This document shows, one piece after another, positions 18,005 to 24,000 of a DNA stretch of 24,000 bases (position 1 is the first letter of the stretch; every line of letters starts with the position of its first letter). The translations under genes were made by a program, and so were the position numbers. Below the pieces are notes generated by a model that saw nothing but the letters and a program-made list of their open reading frames with translations, did no database searches and was not told the DNA's origin. The stretch comes from Candidatus Heimdallarchaeota archaeon (GTDB lineage: Archaea > Asgardarchaeota > Heimdallarchaeia > Hodarchaeales > Hodarchaeaceae): NCBI GenBank assembly GCA_011364965.1, contig RDOB01000008.1, positions 1-24,000 of the forward strand, in the 5' to 3' direction.

Positions 18005-18742
18005 TTGGCTAGTAATTCTGAAACCCCAATTATAGGCATTATCGTTAGTAGTTTTTCCGATGCTGGCCCTATTGTAATTTTTAATTCCTCAAAACAAGAA
18101 ATTTCTGAGGATCAGGCCCTAAATCTCTCCATTCGTGTTATGACAGTTATTGGAGAGCAGAGTGCAAACGAACTTTATGGTCCTTTCCCTGTTCCATCAA
18201 ATGATGAACTTCAGTGTCTTACTTATGTTTTTCGTGTGAAATCAACCTTTACTACGGATCCACGACTTTCAGAGCGTCCAACAGTGATAACCATTATTTT
18301 TAAAAGAATATTAAAACGAGAAATTTCACGAGCTCATGGATTAATACTTTCCTATCTTTCACAAATAACCTTAGATTTTAAGAACGAAGATGATCTAACT
18401 TCAGAGAATATGATGGATATTCACAAACGTTTATCGGCCCTTATATCTACAAATCCAGTACGAGTTTATTCTGTTGAGAATGATAAAATTCAGGAGCATA
18501 CGGAAACCTTAGAAGTCCCTTTGGATGCTTTTGCCATTGTAGATCTTCAAAAGAGCATAGTCTATCTTATTTCCGGACCTTTCACTTCTCCAATTAGGAA
18601 GCGTCAAATTAACATATTAATTGATACTTTAAACGAAAAAACGTACCGTCGACGTTTGAGTAAAAGAGTAATCGATTCAGAAGCAGAAACATTACAATTA
18701 TTGAATTTCTATGGTCTTAAACGCAGACAACAACAGTTTTAG
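18005..18742 (+). CDS. Uncharacterised protein, possibly a longin-like trafficking-type fold
   Basis: TTG start after AGGTGA; N-terminal beta-rich segment PIIGIIVSSFSDAGPIVIFNSS. The fold suggestion is low confidence (inference from pattern only). Confidence 0.7.
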   Translation: MASNSETPIIGIIVSSFSDAGPIVIFNSSKQEISEDQALNLSIRVMTVIGEQSANELYGPFPVPSNDELQCLTYVFRVKSTFTTDPRLSERPTVITIIFKRILKREISRAHGLILSYLSQITLDFKNEDDLTSENMMDIHKRLSALISTNPVRVYSVENDKIQEHTETLEVPLDAFAIVDLQKSIVYLISGPFTSPIRKRQINILIDTLNEKTYRRRLSKRVIDSEAETLQLLNFYGLKRRQQQF

Positions 18743-18752
18743 AGGAAGTACA

Positions 18753-19136
18753 ATGCAACTCGAATCCTCATATGGCATAGAACTTGAAGCTTTTATCGAT
18801 CTCATTCGATTAGTAACAGGTGCAAGTCCTGATAGACCTTCGTCAATCTTCAAATGGGAAGAAGCTTCAAAGTACTATTATGGATCTTTTGCAATTTTTC
18901 CAGGGTATTATGAACTGAGAGCATTACCTGTACTATTTTTTTGGGTATCAGATACCCCATTGGAATCAGAAAGTCAATCACTGGTAAAATATGATCTTCA
19001 AGCCAAAAGCAATCAAATTACATTTCTGAGTTTTTTGGAGGAAAAAGATTTAGAGAATGTCCATACTGGGTTGATAAGGTTTATTCCCATCGTTAAATTA
19101 AAACATCCTCCGAAAATTTTCTCCAATTTGGGATAA
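18753..19136 (+). CDS. Uncharacterised ~127-aa protein
   Basis: ATG at 18753 with GAGG just upstream (track ORF starts 18711); closely spaced with neighbours on the same strand. Confidence 0.7.
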   Translation: MQLESSYGIELEAFIDLIRLVTGASPDRPSSIFKWEEASKYYYGSFAIFPGYYELRALPVLFFWVSDTPLESESQSLVKYDLQAKSNQITFLSFLEEKDLENVHTGLIRFIPIVKLKHPPKIFSNLG

Positions 19137-19147
19137 GAGGTTTTTTA

Positions 19148-19936
19148 TTGTTGCAAGAAGGAAACCTTGTAAAAATAACTGAATTAAAAACCCATCAGGG
19201 TAAATTCTGGATCGTATCACTTAAAAAAGGAGAGAAATTATCCACTCATTTAGGGGAGATTTCCCATGATGATATACTTCTTGCTTCTTATGGGGATACA
19301 GTCAACCTTACAAAAGGAGAGGTTGCTTTACTTAATCCAAATCCAAGGGATTTCATTCGAAATTTTAACCTTAAAACACAAATATTATATGAAGATGATT
19401 GTGCCATTGCTTGCAGTTTAGCTGGATTAAAACCAGGAATGAGAATTGGGGAAGCTGGAACAGGTTCGGGAGCTTTAACAGCCTTTCTTGCATATCAGAT
19501 TCAACCTGATGGTCAAATCTATTCTTTTGATGTCAACTCCATCCACTCGAAAAATGCACAGAAAAATCTTTGTAAAATTGGATTAGAAAAAAATGTAGAA
19601 TTCATAATACATGATATACGATATCCATTTGAAATTTCGGATTTAGATGCATTTTTCCTAGATTTTTCAACCCCTTTTGAAGCTATAAATATTGTTGCTT
19701 CGATGTTGAAGGGAGGGGGAAACCTTATTTCTTTTGTTCCTAATTGGGGCCAAGTAGAAACAACAGTGGAAAAAATAAACCAGAATCAAGAGCTACATCT
19801 TTTAAATGTTTTTGAAATAACGCGACGTAATTTTGTTGTTAATCCGGAAAGACATATTATGCGCCCAGTTTTTCGAGATTTGGTTTATTCAGGAATTTTG
19901 ATACATGCTACAAAACTCAATAAAATGGAGAAGTAA
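19148..19936 (+). CDS. trmI: tRNA (adenine-57/58-N1)-methyltransferase TrmI-like
   Basis: N-terminal beta domain; LKPGMRIGEAGTGSGALTAFLAYQIQPDGQIYSFDVN SAM-binding motif; DAFFLDFSTPFEAI. Confidence 0.88.
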   Translation: MLQEGNLVKITELKTHQGKFWIVSLKKGEKLSTHLGEISHDDILLASYGDTVNLTKGEVALLNPNPRDFIRNFNLKTQILYEDDCAIACSLAGLKPGMRIGEAGTGSGALTAFLAYQIQPDGQIYSFDVNSIHSKNAQKNLCKIGLEKNVEFIIHDIRYPFEISDLDAFFLDFSTPFEAINIVASMLKGGGNLISFVPNWGQVETTVEKINQNQELHLLNVFEITRRNFVVNPERHIMRPVFRDLVYSGILIHATKLNKMEK

Positions 19937-20840
19937 AGCAAACTTGATCACTCTTCCGAAGGAACTTTATAGAAAATTTTTACAATTTGCTTTGGAGAAC
20001 GCTAATCCCATGGATCCATCAAGTTGGAGGGAGTGCATTGCATTAGTACTTGGAAGAATATCAGGAGATCATGTCGATGTAACTGATATTGTTCCAATTG
20101 GAGCTGGTTCTTCGATCTACGTGGATATAACGAATTATGAGAGGGTTTTTTCATTAATTCCTTTCAATAGAATTGACCAAGGCGAAGTTATAGTTGGATG
20201 GGCACATACTCACCCAGGATTAGGATTGTTTTTATCTGGAACTGACATTAGAACGCAAAAAAGCTATCAACAAATGCATACTCTGGCTTTCGCTCTAGTT
20301 CTTGACCCTTCAAAAATCACATCAGCATTTCCAGGATTTAATATATATCGATTAGATGACCTAGCAAATCCTTACATTGCTGAATACGAATTTAATGAAG
20401 AATTCGATTATTATAAGACTCAAGAAGATCTTGTTTCGGATTTGTACGTCACTCCTGTTCCTCCCCTAGAACCCTTTGCCGTCTCAAACGCTGAAATCTC
20501 ATGGAAAAACATCAATTTATCGTTATCAGGAAAGGAAATCCTTACAAAAGGACAATTATTTTTTATTGAACTTTCAATAAGTTTACCTTTTCGACAATAT
20601 ATTAGAATAGAATATGAAATTGAATCTAATCAAAATACAATTAATCCATTTAATACGCAAATGATAGATTCTAAAGGACAAATTCATGAAACAATTGATT
20701 CAGGAAGATTATGTATTCATTCGTTTAGGGCGAAAGAAGCGGGGAAATCAGAAGTTAAGGTTAAACACATAAAAATGACGGATTACAAAGGTACTTGCAA
20801 AGAAATGCCAAATCTTCTTCTAATATCCCAAATAGATTGA
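19905..20840 (+). CDS. JAMM/MPN (JAB1/Mov34) metalloprotease-like protein with C-terminal beta-rich domain
   Basis: ECIALVLGR (catalytic Glu) and GWAHTHPGLGLFLSGTDIRTQ, a full HxHx7Sx2D JAMM motif; ~140-aa extra C-terminal region. Alternative start TTG at 19944. Confidence 0.9.
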   Translation: MLQNSIKWRSKANLITLPKELYRKFLQFALENANPMDPSSWRECIALVLGRISGDHVDVTDIVPIGAGSSIYVDITNYERVFSLIPFNRIDQGEVIVGWAHTHPGLGLFLSGTDIRTQKSYQQMHTLAFALVLDPSKITSAFPGFNIYRLDDLANPYIAEYEFNEEFDYYKTQEDLVSDLYVTPVPPLEPFAVSNAEISWKNINLSLSGKEILTKGQLFFIELSISLPFRQYIRIEYEIESNQNTINPFNTQMIDSKGQIHETIDSGRLCIHSFRAKEAGKSEVKVKHIKMTDYKGTCKEMPNLLLISQID

Positions 20841-20848
20841 AGCAATAC

Positions 20849-21577
20849 CTAGCTCTCTGGTTCGTGAAACTTAAATCTGCCATAGACTCCCAGAATCAAG
20901 ATAGCGATGAATGCGACCATTACTCCGTAAAAGATATACAAAATGATATAGGGGGGAGTCGCATAACTTCGAACGAGATTAAATGATATATTACGGGGGT
21001 AGAAACTAACTTCAGGTACTTCATTCCCATCATAAATATGATAGACAACTCTAAATACAAATTTATAGGTTCCATATTCTGGTAGGTAGAGAGGAAATGT
21101 AAATGATTCAGCTTTTGACGAATTTGGAAGAAGAATAGTCTCTTCTGGTTCTTGATATCGATAGAAAGTCCCACCTACAATTGTTTGGTTACCTTCTTCC
21201 CCTGATAATACTTGATAGACATCTACTGCAAATTCATGCACCACAATAGTATCTAGTCTACTAAAAAGAGTAGCATATGTTGTGTTGATCCGAATATCAG
21301 TTCCATTTAGAATTTGAGGAAGTGGATTTTGTTCTTCAAAATTCTCTGAAACTATGGTTTCCTCCACTAATTCCTCAAGTGATACAAATCTCCTATTATA
21401 CCAAGCTTCAATATTTAACTGCTGTATTTCTAGTAGTTTCAGATCATTCGTGATTTTAGTTTTTAGAGGGTTCTCTTTAACTAAGGATGCAACTGGTTCA
21501 TCATTTCCGATAAAAAATGCCAAAACTAATATGATAAGCACTATGTGTCCGATAATTCTTTTCACTCGATGTTCCAA
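20849..21577 (-). CDS. Membrane-anchored extracytoplasmic protein, function unknown
   Basis: N-terminal hydrophobic helix (IIGHIVLIILVLAFFIG), beta-rich ectodomain, C-terminal TM (PPYIILYIFYGVMVAFIAILILGVYG). Confidence 0.7.
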   Translation of the reverse strand: MEHRVKRIIGHIVLIILVLAFFIGNDEPVASLVKENPLKTKITNDLKLLEIQQLNIEAWYNRRFVSLEELVEETIVSENFEEQNPLPQILNGTDIRINTTYATLFSRLDTIVVHEFAVDVYQVLSGEEGNQTIVGGTFYRYQEPEETILLPNSSKAESFTFPLYLPEYGTYKFVFRVVYHIYDGNEVPEVSFYPRNISFNLVRSYATPPYIILYIFYGVMVAFIAILILGVYGRFKFHEPES

Positions 21578-21710
21578 CCTATTCAGTCTTTTAAAAAACC
21601 CTAATTGTATGAAAACAAACCGTTCAGGTCTTTTCTAATGTTATCTTTAACTTTTTTTAATCTTGAGATATGAACATAATTTTTCTGGGAATTGAAAATA
21701 AATAACTCCT

Positions 21711-22331
21711 TTAACTAGATTCAAAAAGGATTTTATGCAGCTCATTTCTAACCGATTCAGATCGTCGTTCTAAAATGGCCGAGATTGAATTATTAACCTC
21801 CAATTCTCCTTTCCTAAGAATAAAGCCACCAGAGGGTAATGAATCATTAGTCGAGTTCACTGAAATTAAAGTTGTCACACCTGTTTTTTTTGATACTATT
21901 TTTTCGATCCTCGCAATATCCAATAAATCAGAATCTTCACTTGCAATTTCAAGATTCAATTTACCACCCTCTAAAGTTATACTTGCTTGTTCTATTTGCT
22001 TTTGAATCGCCAGAGAATATTCTTTTGATTTACTTTCTCTCAATCGTTGAATGTTCTTTAAAGCTGAAGTTAAAACCTCTTGAATAATAGTTTCTTTGAA
22101 TTTGCTTAGTTCAATATTGTTTTTAATTTTTATTTTTGATAGTTCTCTTTGGATCAATTTTTCAGTTGATTTCAACCTCTTATCTGCAATCTTGTTTTTA
22201 TTTTGAGTAGCTTCTTCATCAGCTTGGTTTATAATCTTCTCAGCTTCGTTTCTAGCTGCCAAAATAATAGTTTTCGCTTTTTCCTCCGCTTCCTTAATGA
22301 TTTCCACTTCAAAATCATCAATTTCTGACAT
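21711..22331 (-). CDS. atpE: A/V-type ATPase subunit E
   Basis: N-terminal helix IIKEAEEKAKTIILAARNEAEKII and C-terminal LPSGGFILRKGELEVNNSISAILERRSESVRNELHKILFE, typical of stalk subunit E. Confidence 0.92.
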   Translation of the reverse strand: MSEIDDFEVEIIKEAEEKAKTIILAARNEAEKIINQADEEATQNKNKIADKRLKSTEKLIQRELSKIKIKNNIELSKFKETIIQEVLTSALKNIQRLRESKSKEYSLAIQKQIEQASITLEGGKLNLEIASEDSDLLDIARIEKIVSKKTGVTTLISVNSTNDSLPSGGFILRKGELEVNNSISAILERRSESVRNELHKILFESS

Positions 22332-22399
22332 AAAAATCCCTTAAAATATTCTAATTGAATAATTTTTCAAATTTCCAAGGTGATTCTAAACACTATTCC

Positions 22400-22798
22400 C
22401 TATTCCAATTTCATTATTGGATATTTAGTATCTAACAATTCTCCAACAATTGATCGAATTTGTTTCTGTGTTTCTTTAATCTCGCTTAAATCGAAGAATT
22501 TACTCATTTCCTTTTCAATTAGAAATTCTGGATCATTTTTACCATCTTCAGAGAGTATTAGGAATATTTCTTTCTCTATCACTCCTCGGGAGAATTTTCC
22601 TCTAATTAAATCAAAAATGATTTCATGAGCGAGCATAATTTCGAGCTGACGTGGAGAGATCCGATTCACGACAGCTTCTGTGAGAACTAAAACAGAAAAA
22701 TTCTCATTAACTCTATTTGAGGAATTCAATGTAAATATAGGAATAACTAAAGGATCAAATCTATTCTCTACGATGGTTTGAAATAGATAACCGTCCAC
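22400..22798 (-). CDS. Hypothetical protein (possibly the C-terminal half of a frameshifted gene)
   Basis: GTG-start ORF overlapping the upstream ORF by 38 nt; protein-like reading continues in the same frame upstream of the GTG to a TAA near 22885. Confidence 0.55.
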   Translation of the reverse strand: MDGYLFQTIVENRFDPLVIPIFTLNSSNRVNENFSVLVLTEAVVNRISPRQLEIMLAHEIIFDLIRGKFSRGVIEKEIFLILSEDGKNDPEFLIEKEMSKFFDLSEIKETQKQIRSIVGELLDTKYPIMKLE

Positions 22799-23432
22799 AT
22801 TGATACGGTATTTCTTTGCAATGATTTGGGAATACTCTTTTAAATTGGAATGAATATTTGCGAAGAGCCCTCTTGCACTTTCTTAATTCAGAGAGATATC
22901 GGATCCTTCCTGTCTGATAATTCTCCTCAATTGTACTAGTAGGTATGATCTGTAACCCCATTCGTACTCTCATCCGTAATTGAATCTCTAGCTTCTCCGT
23001 AAAGTCTTCATAGGGAATTACTTCTCTATTTTGCACTCTCACAGGTGGTAATTTTTTTATTTCTGCAAAAGCTAAGATCTCTGATTCCAATGTAGGTTTC
23101 TTTTCACAAAGAATGTACCTTAAAACAGCCCCGAAATATTCCATCCCTGTCTGTAAAGCAAGTGAATCAAAAGACTGGAATACTGGGATCGAAAATACGA
23201 TTATTAAAAAGGTTTGATCATCTTCAGTAAAGATTTTAAAATAAAATGGACTTATTTTCTTATTTTCCCGTTGAATTAAGCCATTTACACCAAAGAATCT
23301 GACTTGGTCAATGACATCCAATAAATCATCACACTGGAGATTCACACGCTCAAATTCAGAGGCCATCCATTCTTCAATGGTTAAGCGAAGTGAAAATAAT
23401 TGGCCAGGGGAGATTTTATCAGATGAACTCAT
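22761..23432 (-). CDS. Hypothetical protein (possibly the N-terminal part of a frameshifted gene)
   Basis: MSSSDKISPGQLFSLRLTIEEWMASEFERV...; the last ~40 residues become Cys/Arg-rich and less protein-like. Confidence 0.6.
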   Translation of the reverse strand: MSSSDKISPGQLFSLRLTIEEWMASEFERVNLQCDDLLDVIDQVRFFGVNGLIQRENKKISPFYFKIFTEDDQTFLIIVFSIPVFQSFDSLALQTGMEYFGAVLRYILCEKKPTLESEILAFAEIKKLPPVRVQNREVIPYEDFTEKLEIQLRMRVRMGLQIIPTSTIEENYQTGRIRYLSELRKCKRALRKYSFQFKRVFPNHCKEIPYQCGRLSISNHRRE

Positions 23433-23494
23433 TTGAGTTGCTTTTCAAAAAGGGGAATAAAAAAATTTAGCTAATATTTCTGCACCTCACTTTT

Positions 23495-24000
23495 CTAATA
23501 CCTCATCCCCGCTTTACGATATGCAACCCAGAAGAGGAAAAGAAATATGCTAAATGCAACTAAGATAGCAGTAGATCGACTTATCTGTTCTAAGGGTCCC
23601 GAGAAGAAGTTAATCGCTTGAAAGATGACTAGAGTAATCCAACCAGATAGACTAGTCGAATCTTTTGAAATTAATCCTTTCCAATACCTCAGAATCAACA
23701 TAAGAATACCTAATATTACTGCAAAGATATGTATCCAGTAAAGAAATATACCAAAAGTAACTTCATAGATAAGATATATTGTTTCCAAAATCAAGAAAGC
23801 GGTAAGGGATGAAATTGTTATCAAGAAAGTTGGTATCTCTACTGATCGGTCAACTTGTTGAGCACCTTCATATATTAAATAAATTACTCCTCCAAAGGTC
23901 GCACAATCCGCCAATATCAATGCAGAGGTATATAATACATCTATTTGATAGTTCCATAAAGTGATTAATTTGAAAAAGAAATCCAATACTCCAGATTGAG
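23495..24000 (-). CDS. Multi-pass membrane protein, function unknown, probably continuing past the window edge
   Basis: About five hydrophobic helices; the track start is a TTG at 23986 and the frame is still open to the window end. Confidence 0.6.
   Translation of the reverse strand, partial: QSGVLDFFFKLITLWNYQIDVLYTSALILADCATFGGVIYLIYEGAQQVDRSVEIPTFLITISSLTAFLILETIYLIYEVTFGIFLYWIHIFAVILGILMLILRYWKGLISKDSTSLSGWITLVIFQAINFFSGPLEQISRSTAILVAFSIFLFLFWVAYRKAGMRY

Noticed and set aside
20795-21638. ORFs 20795..20986, 20920..21174 and 21354..21638
   Set aside because: They overlap better-supported membrane or JAMM genes in other frames or antisense and have no independent support.
1-24000. CRISPR arrays, transposase/IS elements, toxin-antitoxin or defence islands
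   Set aside because: I saw no regularly spaced repeats, terminal inverted repeats, transposase motifs or defence-domain proteins. The only recombinase looks like a housekeeping Xer-type enzyme.

Overview
This AT-rich window looks like ordinary chromosomal sequence from an Asgard-type archaeon. That placement is inferred from a Rab/Ras-like small GTPase and a JAMM/MPN metalloprotease sitting among archaeal genes (G1P dehydrogenase, A/V-type ATPase subunits, aCPSF1/FttA, CTP-dependent riboflavin kinase, FEN1 with a PIP box). I assign about 24 protein genes and 3 tRNA genes. I found no CRISPR array, transposon or obvious defence island. The most interesting items are: (i) a tRNA-Lys(CUU) whose D-arm is interrupted by a ~31-nt intron that folds as a hairpin; (ii) two genes, Trm5 and ATPase subunit F, whose conserved N-termini extend upstream of the first ATG with no ATG/GTG/TTG, implying AUA/AUU initiation; (iii) a four-gene cluster encoding two uncharacterised proteins, a TrmI-like tRNA methyltransferase and a JAMM protease with an extra C-terminal beta-rich domain; (iv) an apparent frameshift joining two hypothetical ORFs at about 22.88 kb; (v) a Xer-like recombinase with a C-terminal coiled coil and an overlapping small upstream ORF; (vi) a G1P dehydrogenase with a possible membrane-anchor extension. 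Nothing here proves a wholly new system. The JAMM cluster is the best candidate for follow-up.
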